Under the pieces are notes generated by a model that worked only from the letters and a program-made list of their open reading frames with translations, made no database searches and was not told where the DNA came from. Shown piece after piece: positions 41,764 through 56,500 of a DNA stretch of 64,000 nucleotides. The DNA is from Eledone cirrhosa (taxonomy: Eukaryota). The stretch's first letter is position 1. Every line of letters starts with the position of its first letter. Where the stretch lies: contig OZ024743.1 of the NCBI GenBank assembly GCA_964016885.1, forward strand, positions 240,064,001 through 240,128,000, written 5' to 3'. The translations under genes were made by a program, and so were the position numbers.

Positions 41764-42169
41764 ACGCACAAACACAAACACAAACACACACATACGCACA
41801 CACAAACATATATATATACTCAATCACCCTTACCATCATACTGTTTATCATCCTAAAGTACCATACACATCAATTCATTCGTACACACACACACATATTC
41901 GCACACACACACACGCCCCCAACTACGCCACCACAGACATATACACCTCCCTATGAACTGAGCCTCATCCACCACTATTTCCCTTCCTTATGTTCTCTCT
42001 CTCTCTCAGTCTCTCTCTCTCCCTCTATCTATCTATCTCTATATCTCCCTCTCTCCCTCTCTCTCTCTCACTCATAAACACAATAGCTCACAAACTATAC
42101 AACTACACACACAGTCTCAGACACCTCTATTCTAGATCCTTCTCACACAGAATCACATCATTGTCCCTT

Positions 42170-42345
42170 GCTATCATTTCCACCACCACCACCACCACCA
42201 CCGCCTCCACCACCACTACCACCAAACACAACCACCACCACCTCCACCACCACCACCATCACCACCAACACCACCACCACCACCACCTCCACCACCACCA
42301 CCACCAACACCACCACCTCCACCACCACCACTACCACCCTCATCA
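42170..42345. repeat. (CAC)n imperfect trinucleotide repeat
   Basis: Directly visible. A similar CAC/CAT-rich tract lies at 28960-29160. Confidence 0.9.
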
Positions 42346-42609
42346 TTACATCTATCCTATCCATCACCCCTCCCATCCTCTAAACTACAAGTTACAACCA
42401 GATCTCTCATCATGAATATTTTAAAATTCTTTCAGCGAATCAGTTGACGTTCTTTTGTTGTTGTTATTATTGTTATTGTTGTTTTTTTGTTATTTTTGTG
42501 TTTTGTTTTGTTGTATTCTTTGTTGTTGTTGTTGTTGTTGTTTTTATCTTTGCAACTTAGAAAAAAATATCTGTTGATTTATTCATGTGTACTTCACAAT
42601 GGTATTTTT

Positions 42610-44460
42610 GCTATTGTTGTTGGTGTTGGTGATGGTGATGTTACTATTGTAGGTGGTGGTGGTGGTGGTGGTGTTGATGGTGATGGTGATCGTGATGTTA
42701 CTATTGTTGTTGGTGGTGGTGGTGTTGATGGTGATGTTACTATTGTTGGTGGTGGTGGTGGTGTTGGTGTTGATGGTGATGTTACTATTGTTGTTGTTGG
42801 CAGTGGTGGTGGTGATGACGGTGGTGTTACTATTGTTGTTGTTGGTGGTGTTGGTGATGGTGATGTTACTATTGTTGGTGGTGGTGGTGGTGTTGATGTT
42901 GATGGTGATCGTGATGTTACTATTGTTGTTGGTGGTGGTGTTGGTGATGGTGATGTTACTATTGTTGTTGTTGTTGGTGGTGGTGGTGATGACGGTGGTG
43001 TTACTATTGTTGTTGTTGGTGGTGTTGGTGATGGTGATGTTACTATTGTTGTTGGTGTTGGTGGTGTTGATGGTGATGTTACTATTGTTGTTGGTGGTGG
43101 TGTTGGTGATGGTGATGTTACTATTGTTGTTGGTGGTGGTGGTGTTGATGGTGATGTTACTATTGTTGTTGGTGTTGGTGGTGTTGATGGTGATGTTACT
43201 ATTGTTGTTGGTGGTGGTGGTGTTGATGGTGATGTTACTATTGTTGTTGGTGGTGGTGGTGGTGGTGATGGTGATGTTACTATTGTTGTTGGTGGTGGTG
43301 TTGGTGATGGTGATGTTACTATTGTTGTTGGTGGTGGTGTTGGTGATGGTGATGTTACTATTGTTGTTGGTGGTGGTGTTGGTGATGGTGATGTTACTAT
43401 TGTTGTTGGTGGTGGTGGTGGTGGTGTTGATGGTGATGTTACTATTGTTGTTGGTGGTGGTGTTGGTGATGGTGATGTTACTATTGTTGTTGGTGGTGGT
43501 GTTGGTGATGGTGATGTTACTATTGTTGTTGGTGGTGGTGTTGGTGATGGTGATGTTACTATTGTTGTTGGTGGTGGTGTTGGTGATGGTGATGTTACTA
43601 TTGTTGTTGGTGGTGGTGTTGGTGATGGTGATGTTACTATTGTTGTTGGTGGTGGTGGTGGTGTTGATGGTGATGTTACTATTGTTGTTGGTGGTGGTGT
43701 TGGTGATGGTGATGTTACTATTGTTGTTGGTGGTGGTGGTGGTGGTGTTGATGGTAATGTTACTATTGTTGTTGGTGGTGGTGTTGGTGATGGTGATGTT
43801 ACTATTGTTGTTGGTGGTGGTGTTGGTGATGGTGATGTTACTATTGTTGTTGGTGGTGGTGGTGGTGGTGTTGATGGTAATGTTACTATTGTTGTTGGTG
43901 GTGGTGTTGGTGATGGTGATGTTACTATTGTTGTTGGTGGTGGTGTTGGTGATGGTGATGTTACTATTGTTGTTGTTGACGGTGGTGGTGGTCATGACGG
44001 TGGTGATGTTACTATTGTTGTTGTTGGCGGTGTTGGTGATGGTGATGACGGTGGTGTTACTATTGCTGTTACTGGTGGTGTTGGTGATGGTGATGTTACT
44101 ATTGTTGTTGGTGTTGGTGGTGGTGGTGGTGGTGGTGGGGATGTTACTATTGCTGTTAGTGGTGGTGATGGTGTTGTTACTATTGTTGTTGGTGGTGGTG
44201 GTGTTGTTGATGGTGTTGTTACTATTGTCGTTGGTGGTGGTGTTGATGGTGATGTTGTTGCTGTTGTTGTTGTTGTTGTTGCTAATGTTATTGTTGATGA
44301 TGTTACTATTGTTGTTGGTGTTGTTGGTGATGTTACTATTGTTGTTGTTGGTGGTGGTGTTGCTGTTATTGTAGTTGATGGTGTTGTTGGTGTCGTTGGT
44401 GTTCTTGGTGTTGTTGGTGATGGTGTTGTTATTATTGCTGTTGTTGGTGGTGCTGATGAT
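42610..44460. repeat. Triplet-built ~33-bp minisatellite (GGTGATGGTGATGTTACTATTGTTGTTGGTGGTGGTGTT-like)
   Basis: Dozens of units anchored on GTTACTATT. Length variation is in multiples of 3. Core homogeneous, edges decayed. Confidence 0.92.
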
Positions 44461-44559
44461 GATGCTTTCACGACTAGTGTATTTTTTTAGTTTTTCTTAC
44501 TTTACGTGTGATTTGTTGTGACGTGGAGATTGTATAGTTCGATTGGAATGTATTTTGTA

Positions 44560-47500
44560 TTGTTATTGATGTTGTGGGTGTTATTGGTGTTGTGGGGTTA
44601 TTGGTGTTGTGGGTGTTATTGGTGTTATTGGTGTTGTGGTGTTATTGGTGTTGTGGTGTTATTGGTGTTGTGGGTGTTATTGGTGTTATTGATGTTGTGG
44701 GTGTTATTGGTGTTGTGGGGTTATTGGTGCTGTGGGTGTTATTGGTGTTATTGGTGTTGTGGTGTTATTGGTGTTGTGGTGTTATTGGTGTTGTGGGTGT
44801 TATTGGTGTTGTGGGGTTATTGGTGCTGTGGGTGTTATTGGTGTTATTGGTGTTGTGGTGTTATTGGTGTTGTGGTGTTATTGGTGTTGTGGGTGTTATT
44901 GGTGTTATTGATGTTGTGGGTGTTATTGGTGTTGTGGGGTTATTGGTGCTGTGGGTGTTATTGGTGTTATTGGTGTTGTGGTGTTATTGGTGTTGTGGTG
45001 TTATTGGTGTTGTGGGTGTTATTGGTGTTGTGGTGTTATTGGTGTTGTGGTGTTATTGATGTTGTGGGTGTTATTGGTGTTGTGGTGTTATTGGTGTTGT
45101 GGTGTTATTGGTGTTGTGGTGTTATTGGTGTTGTGGTGTTATTGATGCTGTGGGTGTTATTGGTGTTGTGGTGTTATTGGTGTTGTGGGTGTTATTGGTG
45201 TTGTGGGTGTTATTGATGTTGTGGGTGTTATTGGTGTTGTGGTGTTATTGGTGTTGTGGGTGTTATTGATGTTGTGGGTCTTATTGGTGTTGTGGTGTTA
45301 TTGGTGTTGTGGGGTTATTGGTGTTGTGGTGTTATTGGTGTTGGGGTGTTATTGGTGTTGTGGTGTTATTGATGTTGTGGGTGTTATTGGTGTTGTGGTG
45401 TTATTGGTGTTGTGGTGTTATTGATTTTGTGGGTGTTATTGGTGTTGTGGTGTTATTGGTGTTGGGGTGTTATTGGTGTTGTGGTGTTATTGATGTTGTG
45501 GGTGTTATTGGTGTTGTGGTGTTATTGGTGTTGTGGTGTTATTGGTGTTGTGGTGTTATTGGTGTTGGGGTGTTATTGGTGTTGTGGTGTTATTTATGCT
45601 GTGGGTGTTATTGGTGTTGTGGTGTTATTGGTGTTGTGGTGTTATTGGTGTTGTGGGTGTTATTGATGTTGTGGTGTTATGTGTGTTGTGGGTGTTATTG
45701 ATGCTGTGGGTGTTATTGGTATTGTGGTGTTATTGGTGTTGTGGGTGTTATTGGTGTTGTGGTTGTTATTGGTGTTGTGGTGTTATTGGTGTTGTGGGTG
45801 TTATTGGTGTTGTGGGTGTTATTGATGTTGTGGTGTTATGTGTGTTGTGGGTGTTATTGATGCTGTGGGTGTTATTGGTGTTGTGGTGTTATTGGTGTTG
45901 TGGGTGTTATTGGTGTTGTGGTGTTATTGGTGTTGTGGGTGTTATTGGTGTTGTGGGTGTTATTGATGTTGTGGTGTTATGTGTGTTGTGGGTGTTATTG
46001 ATGATGTGGGTGTTATTAATGTTGTGGTGTTATTGGTGTTGTGGGTGTTATTGATGTTGTGGGTGTTATTGGTGTTGTGGTGTTATTGGTGTTGTGGTGT
46101 TATTGGTGTTGTGGTATTATTGGTGTTGTGGGTGTTATTGGTGTTGTGCTGTTATTGGTGTTGTGGGCGTTATTGATGTTGTGGTGTTATTGGTGTTGTG
46201 GTGTTATTGATGCTGTGGGTGTTATTGGTGTTGTGGTGTTATTGGTGTTGTGGGTGTTATTGATGTTGTGGGTGTTATTGGTGTTGTGGTGTTATTGGTG
46301 TTGTGGTATTATTGGTGTTGTGGGTGTTATTGGTGTTGTGGTGTTATGTGTGTTGTGGGTGTTATTGATGCTGTGGGTGTTATTGGTGTTGTGGTGTTAT
46401 TGGTGTTGTGGTGTTATTGGTGTTGTGGGTGTTATTGATGTTGTGGTGTTATTGGTGTTGTTGGTGTTATTGGTGTTGTGGGTGTTATTGGTGTTGTGGT
46501 GTTATTGGTATTGTGAGTGTTATTGGTGTTGTGGGTGTTATTGATGTTGTAGTGTTATGTGTGTTGTGGGTGTTATTGATGCTGTGGGTGTTATTGATGT
46601 TGTGGTGTTATTGGTGTTGTGGGTGTTATTGATGTTGTGGGTGTTATTGGTGTTGTGGTGTTATTGGTGTTGTGGGTGTTATTGGTGTTGTGGTGTCATT
46701 GGTGTTGTGGTGTTATTGGTGTTGTGGGTGTCATTGATGTTGTGGTGTTATGTGAGTTGTGGGTGTTATTGATGTTGTGGGTGTTATTGATGTTGTGGTG
46801 TTATTGGTGTTGTGGGTCTTATTGATGTTGTGGTGTTATTGGTGTTATGGGTGTTATTGGTGTTGTGGGTGTTATTGATGCTGTGGGTGTTATTGATGTT
46901 GTGGTGTTATTGATGCTGTGGGTGTTATTGATGTTGTGGGTGTTATTGGTGTTGTGGTGTTATTGGTGTTGTGGTGTTATTGGTGTTGTGGAGTTATTGG
47001 TGTTGTGGTGTTATTGGTGTTGTGGGTGTTATTGATGTTGTGGGTATTATTGGTGTTGTGGTGTTATTGATGCTGTGGGTGTTATTGATGTTGTGGGTGT
47101 TATTGCTGTTGTGGTGTTATTGGTGTTGTGGTGTTATTGGTGTTGTGGGTGTTATTGATGCTGTGGTGTTATTGGTGTTGTGGTGTTATTGGTGTTGTGG
47201 GTGTTATTGGTGTTATTGGTGTTGTGGTGTTATTGGTGTTGTGGTGTTATTGGTGGTGTGGTGTTGTGGTGGTATTGGTGTTGTGGTGTTGTGGTGTTAT
47301 CGGTGTTGTGGTGTTATTGCTGTTGTTGTGTTATTGGTGCTGTGGTCTTATTGGTGTTGTGGTGTTATTGGTGTTGTGGTGTTATAGGTGTTGTGGTGTT
47401 GTGGTGTTATTGGTGTTGTGGTGTTATTGGTGTTGTGGTGTTATTGGTGTTGTGGTTTTGTTTTGTTATTGGTGTTGTGGTGTTATTGGTGTTTTGGTGT

Positions 47501-50500
47501 TGTGGTGTTATTGGTGCTGTGGTGTTATTGGTGTTATGGTGTTATTGGTGTTGCGGCGTTATTGGTGTTATGGTGTTATTGGTGTTGCGGTGTTATTGGT
47601 GTTGTGGGTGTTATTGGTGTTGTGGTGTTATTGGTGTTGTGGTGTTATTGGTGTTGTGGGTGTTATTGGTGTTGTGGTGTTATTGGTGTTGTGGTGTTAT
47701 TGGTGTTGTATTGTTATTGGTGTTGTGGTGTTATTGGTGTTGTGGTGTTATTGGTGTTGCATTGTTATTGGTGTTGTGGTGTTATTGTTGTTATGGTGTT
47801 ATTGGTGTTGTGGGTGTTATTGGTGTTGTGGTATTATTGGTGTTGTGGTGTTATGTGTGTTGTGGGTGTTATTGGTGTTGTATTGTTATTGGTTTTGTGA
47901 TGTTATTGGTGTTATGGTGTTATTGGTGTTGTGGGTGTTATTGATGTTGTGGGTGTTATTGGTGTTGTGGGTGTTATTGGTGTTGTGGTGTTATTGGTGC
48001 TGTGGGTGTTATTGGTGTTGTGGGTGTTATTGGTGTTGTGGTGTTATTGGTGTTGTGGTATTATTGGTGTTGTGGGTGTTATTGGTGTTGTGGTGTTATG
48101 TGTGTTGTGGGTGTTATTGATGCTGTGGGTGTTATTGGTGTTGTGGTGTTATTGGTGTTGTGGTGTTATTGGTGTTGTGGTTGTTATTGATGTTGTGGTG
48201 TTATTGGTGTTGTTGGTGTTATTGGTGTTGTGGGTGTTATTGGTGTTGTGGTGTTATTGGTATTGTGAGTGTTATTGGTGTTGTGGGTGTTATTGATGTT
48301 GTAGTGTTATGTGTGTTGTGGGTGTTATTGATGCTGTGGGTGTTATTGATGTTGTGGTGTTATTGGTGTTGTGGGTGTTATTGATGTTGTGGGTGTTATT
48401 GGTGTTGTGGTGTTATTGGTGTTGTGGGTGTTATTGGTGTTGTGGTGTCATTGGTGTTGTGGTGTTATTGGTGTTGTGGGTGTCATTGATGTTGTGGTGT
48501 TATGTATGTTGTGGGTGTTATTGATGCTGTTGTTGTTATTGATGTTGTGGTGTTATTGGTGTTGTGGGTCTTATTGATGTTGTGGTGTTATTGGTGTTAT
48601 GGGTGTTATTGGTGTTGTGGGTGTTATTGATGCTGTGGGTGTTATTGATGGTGTGGTGTTATTGATGTTGTGGGTGTTATTGATGTTGTGGGTGTTATTG
48701 GTGTTGTGGTGTTATTGGTGTTGTGGTGTTATTGGTGTTGTGGAGTTATTGGTGTTGTGGTGTTATTGGTGTTGTGGGTGTTATTGATGTTGTGGGTATT
48801 ATTGGTGTTGTGGTGTTATTGATGCTGTGGGTGTTATTGATGTTGTGGGTGTTATTGCTGTTGTGGTGTTATTGGTGTTGTGGTGTTATTGATGTTGTGG
48901 GTGTTATTGATGCTGTGGTGTTATTGGTGTTGTGGTGTTATTGGTGTTGTGGGTGTTATTGGTGTTATTGGTGTTGTGGTGTTATTGGTGTTGTGGTGTT
49001 ATTGGTGGTGTGGTGTTGCGGTGGTATTGGTGTTGTGGTGTTGTGGTGTTATCGGTGTTGTGGTGTTATTGCTGTTGTTGTGTTATTGGTGCTGTGGTCT
49101 TATTGGTGTTGTGGTGTTATTGGTGTTGTGGTGTTATAGGTGTTGTGGTGTTGTGGTGTTATTGGTGTTGTGGTGTTATTGGTGTTGTGGTGTTATTGGT
49201 GTTGTGGTGTTATTGGTGTTTTGGTGTTGTGGTGTTATTGGTGCTGTGGTGTTATTGGTGTTATGGTGTTATTGGTGTTGCCGCGTTATTGGTGTTATGG
49301 TGTTATTGGTGTTGCGGTGTTATTGGTGTTGTGGGTGTTATTGGTGTTGTGGTGTTATTGGTGTTGTGGTGTTATTGGTGTTGTGGGTGTTATTGGTGTT
49401 GTGGTGTTATTGGTGTTGTGGTGTTATTGGTGTTGTATTGTTATTGGTGTTGTGGTGTTATTGGTGTTGTGGTGTTATTGGTGTTGCATTGTTATTGGTG
49501 TTGTGGTGTTATTGTTGTTATGGTGTTATTGGTGTTGTGAGTGTTATTGGTGTTGTGGTATTATTGGTGTTGTGGTGTTATGTGTGTTGTGGGTGTTATT
49601 GGTGTTGTATTGTTATTGGTTTTGTGGTGTTATTGGTGTTATGGTGTTATTGGTGTTGTGGGTGTTATTGATGTTGTGGGTGTTATTGGTGTTGTGGGTG
49701 TTATTGGTGTTGTGGTGTTATTGGTGCTGTGGGTGTTATTGGTGTTATGGTGTTATTGGTGTTGTGGTGTTATTGGTGTTGTGGGTGTTATTGGTGTTGT
49801 GGTGGTATTGGTGTTGTGGTGTTATTGGTGTTGTGGTGTTATTGGTGTTGTGGGTGTTATTGGTGTTGTGGGTGTTATTGGTGTTGTGGTGTTATTGGTG
49901 TAGTGGGTGTTATTGGTTATGGGTGTTATTGGTGTTCTGGGTGTTATTAGTGTTGTGGTGTTATTGGTGTTGTGGGTGTTATTGGTGTTGTGGGTGTTAT
50001 TGGTGTTGTGGTGTTATTGGTGTTGTGGTGTTATTGGTGTTGTGGGTGTTATTGGTATTGTGGTGTTATTGGTGTTGTGGTGTTATTGGTGTTGTGTTTG
50101 TTATTGGTGTTGTGGTGTTATTGGTGTTGTGGTGTTATTGGTGTTGTGGTGTTGTGGTGTTATTGGTGTTGTGGTGTTATTGGTGTTGTGGTGTTATTGG
50201 TGTTATTGTGTTATGTGTGTTGTGGTGTTATTGGTGTTGTGGGGTTATTGGTGTTGTGGTGTTATTGGTCTTGTGGTGTTATTGGTGTTGTGGTTTTATT
50301 TGCGTTGTATTGTTATAGGTGTTGTGGTGTTATTGGTGTTGTGGTGTTATTGGTGTTGTCGTGTTATTGGTGTTGTATTGTTATTGGTGTTCTGGTGTTA
50401 TTGGTGTTGTGGGTGTTATTAGTGTTGTGGTGTTATTGGTGTTGTGGTGTTATTGGTGTTGTATTGTTATTGTTGTTGTGGTGTTATTGGTGTTGTGGTA

Positions 50501-53500
50501 TTATTGGTGTTGTATGGTTATTGGTGTTGTGGTGTTATTGGTGTTGTGGTATTATTGGTGTTGTATTGTTATTGGTGTTGTGCTGTTATTGGTGTTGTGG
50601 TCTTATTGGTGTTATGGTGTTATTGGTGTTGTGGTGTTATTGGTGTTGTATTGTTATTGGTGTTGTGGTGTTATTGGTCTTGTGGTGTTATTGGTGTTGT
50701 GGTGTTATTGGTGTTGTGGTGTTATTGGTGTTGTGGGTGTTATTGATGTTGTGGGTGTTATTGGTGTTGTGGGTGTTATTGGTGTTGTGGTGTTATTGGT
50801 GTTGTGGTATTATTGGTGTTGTGGGTGTTATTGGTGTTGTGCTGTTATTGGTGTTGTGGGCGTTATTGATGTTGTGGTGTTATTGGTGTTGTGGTGTTAT
50901 TGATGCTGTGGGTGTTATTGGTGTTGTGGTGTTATTGGTGTTGTGGGTGTTATTGATGTTGTGGGTGTTATTGGTGTTGTGGTGTTATTGGTGTTGTGGT
51001 ATTATTGGTGTTGTGGGTGTTATTGGTGTTGTGGTGTTATGTGTGTTGTGGGTGTTATTGATGCTGTGGGTGTTATTGGTGTTGTGGTGTTATTGGTGTT
51101 GTGGTGTTATTGGTGTTGTGGGTGTTATTGATGTTGTGGTGTTATTGGTGTTGTTGGTGTTATTGGTGTTGTGGGTGTTATTGGTGTTGTGGTGTTATTG
51201 GTATTGTGAGTGTTATTGGTGTTGTGGGTGTTATTGATGTTGTAGTGTTATGTGTGTTGTGGGTGTTATTGATGCTGTGGGTGTTATTGATGTTGTGGTG
51301 TTATTGGTGTTGTGGGTGTTATTGATGTTGTGGGTGTTATTGGTGTTGTGGTGTTATTGGTGTTGTGGGTGTTATTGGTGTTGTGGTGTTATTGGTGTTG
51401 TGGTGTTATTGGTGTTGTGGGTGTTATTGATGTTGTGGTGTTATGTGTGTTGTGGGTGTTATTGATGCTGTGGGTGTTATTGATGTTGTGGTGTTATTGG
51501 TGTTGTGGGTCTTATTGATGTTGTGCTGTTATTGGTGTTATGGGTGTTATTGGTGTTGTGGGTGTTATTGATGCTGTGGGTGTTATTGATGTTGTGGTGT
51601 TATTGATGTTGTGGGTGTTATTGATGTTGTGGGTGTTATTGGTGTTGTGGTGTTATTGGTGTTGTGGTGTTATTGGTGTTGTTGAGTTATTGGTGTTGTG
51701 GTGTTATTGGTGTTGTGGGTGTTATTGATGATGTGGGTATTATTGGTGTTGTGGTGTTATTGATGCTGTGGGTGTTATTGATGTTGTGGGTGTTATTGCT
51801 GTTGTGGTGTTATTGGTGTTGTGGTGTTATTGGTGTTGTGGGTGTTATTGATGCTGTGGTGTTATTGGTGTTGTGGTGTTATTGGTGTTGTGGGTGTTAT
51901 TGGTGTTATTGGTGTTGTGGTGTTATTGGTGTTGTGGTGTTATTGGTGGTGTGGTGTTGTGGTGGTATTGGTGTTGTGGTGTTGTGGTGTTATCGGTGTT
52001 GTGGTGTTATTGCTGTTGTTGTGTTATTGGTGCTGTGGTCTTATTGGTGTTGTGGTGTTATTGGTGTTGTGGTGTTATAGGTGTTGTGGTGTTGTGGTGT
52101 TATTGGTGTTGTGGTGTTATTGGTGTTGTGGTGTTATTGGTGTTGTGGTTTTGTTTTGTTATTGGTGTTGTGGTGTTATTGGTGTTTTGGTGTTGTGGTG
52201 TTATTGGTGCTGTGGTGTTATTGGTGTTGCGGTGTTATTGGTGTTATGGTGTTATTGGTGTTGCGGTGTTATTGGTGTTGTGGGTGTTATTGGTGTTGTG
52301 GTGTTATTGGTGTTGTGGTGTTATTGGTGTTGTGGGTATTATTGGTGTTGTGGTGTTATTGGTGTTGTGGTGTTATTGGTGTTGTATTGTTATTGGTGTT
52401 GTGGTGTTATTGGTGTTGTGGTGTTATTGGTGTTGCATTGTTATTGGTGTTGTGGTGTTATTGTTGTTATGGTGTTATTGGTGTTGTGGGTGTTATTGGT
52501 GTTGTGGTATTATTGGTGTTGTGGTGTTATGTGTGTTGTGGGTGTTATTGGTGTTGTATTGTTATTGGTTTTGTGGTGTTATTGGTGTTATGGTGTTATT
52601 GGTGTTGTGGGTGTTATTGATGTTGTGGGTGTTATTGGTGTTGTGGGTGTTATTGGTGTTGTGGTGTTATTGGTGCTGTGGGTGTTATTGGTGTTATGGT
52701 GTTATTGGTGTTCTGGTGTTATTGGTGTTGTGGGTGTTATTGGTGTTGTGGTGGTATTGGTGTTGTGGTGTTATTGGTGTTGTGGTGTTATTGGTGTTGT
52801 GGGTGTTATTGGTGTTGTGGGTGTTATTGGTGTTGTGGTGTTATTGGTGTTGTGGGTGTTATTGGTTGTGGGTGTTATTGGTGTTCTGGGTGTTATTAGT
52901 GTTGTGGTGTTATTGGTGTTGTGGGTGTTATTGGTGTTGTGGGTGTTATTGGTGTTGTGGTGTTATTGGTGTTGTGGTGTTATTGGTGTTGTGGGTGTTA
53001 TTGGTATTGTGGTGTTATTGGTGTTGTGGTGTTATTGGTGTTGTGTTTGTTATTGGTGTTGTGGTGTTATTGGTGTTGTGGTGTTATTGGTGTTGTGGTG
53101 TTGTGGTGTTATTGGTGTTGTGGTGTTATTGGTGTTGTGGTGTTATTGGTGTTATTGTGTTATGTGTGTTGTGGTGTTATTGGTGTTGTGGGGTTATTGG
53201 TGTTGTGGTGTTATTGGTCTTGTGGTGTTATTGGTGTTGTGGTTTTATTTGCGTTGTATTGTTATAGGTGTTGTGGTGTTATTGGTGTTGTGGTGTTATT
53301 GGTGTTGTCGTGTTATTGGTGTTGTATTGTTATTGGTGTTCTGGTGTTATTGGTGTTGTGGGTGTTATTAGTGTTGTGGTGTTATTGGTGTTGTGGTGTT
53401 ATTGGTCTTGTGGTGTTATTGGTGTTTTGGTGTTATTGGTGTTGTGGTGGTATTGGTGTTGTGGGTGTTATTGGTGTTGCGGTGTTATTGATGTTGTGGG

Positions 53501-56500
53501 TGTTATTGGTGTTGTGGGTGTTATTGGTGTTGTGGTGGTATTGGTGTTGTGGGTGTTATTGGTGTTGTGGTGTTATTGGTGTTGCGGTGTTATTGGTGTT
53601 ATGGGTGTTATTGATGTTGTGGGTGTTATTGATGCTGTGGGTGTTATTGGTGTTGTGGTGTTATTGGTGTTGTGGTGTTATTGGTGCTGTGGTGTTATTG
53701 GTGTTGTGGTGTTATTGGTGTTGGGGTGTTATTGTTGTTGTGGTGTTATTGGTGTTGTGGTGTTATTGTTGTTGTGGGTGTTATTGGTGTTGTGGGTGTT
53801 ATTGGTGTTGTGGTGTTATTGGTGTTGTGGGTGTTATTGGTGTTGTGGGTGTTATTGGTGTTGTGGTGTCATTGGTGTTGTGGGTGTTATTGGTATTGTG
53901 GTATTATTGGTGTTGTGGGTGTTATTGGTGTTGTGGTCTTATTGGTGTTGTGGTGTTATTGGTGTTGTGGGTTTTATTGGTGTTGTGGGTGTTATTGGTG
54001 TTGTGGTGTTATTGGTGTTGCGGTGTTATTGGTGTTGTGGTGTTGTGGTATTATTGGTTTTGTGGTGTTATTGGTGTTGTGGGTGTTATTGGTGTTGTGG
54101 TGTTATTGGTGTTGTGGTGTTGTGGTGTTATTGGTGTTGTGGTGTTATTGGTGTTGTGGTGTTATTGGTGTTGTGGTGTTGTGGTGTTATTGGTATTGTG
54201 GTGTTATTGGTGTTGTGGTGTTATTGGTTTTGTGGTGTTGTGGTGTTATTGGTGTTGTGGGTGTTATTGGTGTTGTGGTGTTATTGGTGTTGTGGGTGTT
54301 ATTGGTATTGTGGTGTTATTGGTTTTGTGGTGTTGTGGGTGTTATTGGTGTTGTGTTGTTATTGGTGTTGTGGTATTATTGGTGTTGTGGTGTTGTGGTG
54401 TTATTGGTGTTGTGGTGTTATTGGTGTTGTGGTGTTATTGGTGTTGTATTGTTATTGGTGTTCTGGTGTTATTGGTGTTGTGGGTGTTATTGGTGTTGTG
54501 GTGTTATTTGTGTTGTCGGTTTTTATTGGTGTCGTGGGTGTTATTGGTGTTGTGCGTGTTATTGGTTTTGTGGTGTTATTGGTATTGTGGTGTTATTGGT
54601 GTTGTATTGTTATTGGTGTTGTGGTGTTATTGGTGTTGTGGTATTATTGGTGTTGTATTGTTATTGGTGTTGTGCTGTTATTGGTGTTGTGGTCTTATTG
54701 GTGTTATGGTGTTATTGGTGTTAATGGTGTTGTGGTGTAATTGGTGTTGTATTGTTATTGGTGTTGTGGTGTTATTGGTGTTGTGGTGTTATTGGTGTTG
54801 TGGTGTTATTGGTGCTGTGGTGTTATTGGTGTTGTATTGTTATTGGTGTTCTGCTGTTATTGGTGTTGTGGGTGTTATTGGTGTTGTGGTGTTATTGGTG
54901 TTGTGGGTTTTTATTGGTGTTGTGGGTGTTATTGGTGTTGTGGGTGTTATTGGTGTTGTGGTGTTATTGGTGTTGTGGTGTTATTGGTGTTGTATTGTTA
55001 TTGGTGTTGTGGTGTTATTGGTCTTGTGGTGTTATTGGTGTTGTGGTGTTATTGGTGTTGTGGTGTTATTGGTGTGTGGGTGTTATTGGTGTTGTGGTGT
55101 TATTGGTGTTGTGGTGTTATTGGTGTTGTGGGTTTATTGGTGTTGTATTGTTATAGGTGTTGTGGTGTTATTGGTGTTGTGGTGTTATTGGTGTTGTATT
55201 GTTATTGGTGTTGTGGTGTTATTGTTATTATGGTGTTATTGCTGTTGTGGGTGTCATTGGTGTTATGGTGTTATTGGTGTTGTGGTGTTATGTGTGTTGT
55301 GGGTGTTATTGGTGTTGTATTGTTATTGGTTTTGTGGTGTTATTGGTGTTACGGTGTTATTGGTGTTGTGGGTGTTATTGGTGTTGTGGTTTTATTGGTG
55401 TTGTGGGTTTTTATTGGTGTCGTGGGTGTTATTGGTGTTGTGGGTGTTATTGGTGTTGTGGTGTTATTGGTGTTGTGGTGTTATTGGTGTTGTATTGTTA
55501 TTGGTGTTGTGGTATTATTGGTTTTGTATTGTTATTGGTGTTGTGCTGTTATTGGTGTTGTGGTCTTATTGGTGTTATGATGTTATTGGTGTTGTGGTGT
55601 TATTGGTGTTGTATTGTTATTGGTGTTCTGGTGTTATTCGTGTTGTGGGTGTTATTGGTGTTGTGGTGTTATTGGTGTTGTGGGTTTTTGTTGGTGTTGT
55701 GGGTGTTATTGGTGTTGTGTGTGTTATTGGTGTTGTGGTGTTATTGGTGTTGTGTTGTTATTGGTGTTGTATTGTTATTGATGTTGTGGTGTTATTGGTG
55801 TTGTGGTATTATTGGTGTTGTATTGTTATTGGTGTTGTGCTATTATTGGTGTTGTGGTCTTATTGGTGTTATTGGTGTTGTGGTGTTATGTGTGTTGTGG
55901 GTGTTATTGGTGTTGTATTGTTATTGGTTTTGTGGTGTTATTGGTGTTATGGTGTTATTGGTGTTGTGGGTGTTATTGATGCTGTGGGTGTTATTGGTGT
56001 TGTGGTGTTATTGGAGTTGTGGGTGTTATTGGTGTTGTGGGTGTTATTGGTGTTGTGGTGTTATTGGTGTTGTGGTGTTATTGGTGTTGTGGTGTTATTG
56101 GTGTTGTGGTGTTATTGGTGTTGTGGGTGTTATTGGTGTTGTGGGTGTTATTGATGCTGTGGGTGTTATTGGTGTTGTGGTGTTATTGGTGTTGTGGTGT
56201 TATTGGTGCTGTGGTGTTATTGGTGTTGTGGTGTTATTGGTGTTGGGGTGTTATTGGTGTTGTGGTGTTATTAGTGTTGTGGTGTTATTGGTGTTGTGGG
56301 TGTTATTGGTGTTGTGGGTGTTATTGGTGTTGTGGTGTTATTGGTGTTGTGGGTGTTATTGGTGTAGTATTGTTATTGGTGTTGTGGGTGTTATTGGTGT
56401 TGTGGTGTTATTGGTGTTGTGGGTGTTATTGGTGTTGTGGTGTTATCGGTGTTGTGGTGTCATTGGTGTTGTGGGTGTTATTGGTGTTGTGGTGTTATTG

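Noticed and set aside
42487-44490. 667-aa GDGDVTIVVGGG ORF and overlapping long ORFs
   Set aside because: A triplet-built repeat is open in several frames on both strands. There is no ATG-led unique domain or splice evidence. RNA-seq or proteomics would be needed to rescue it.
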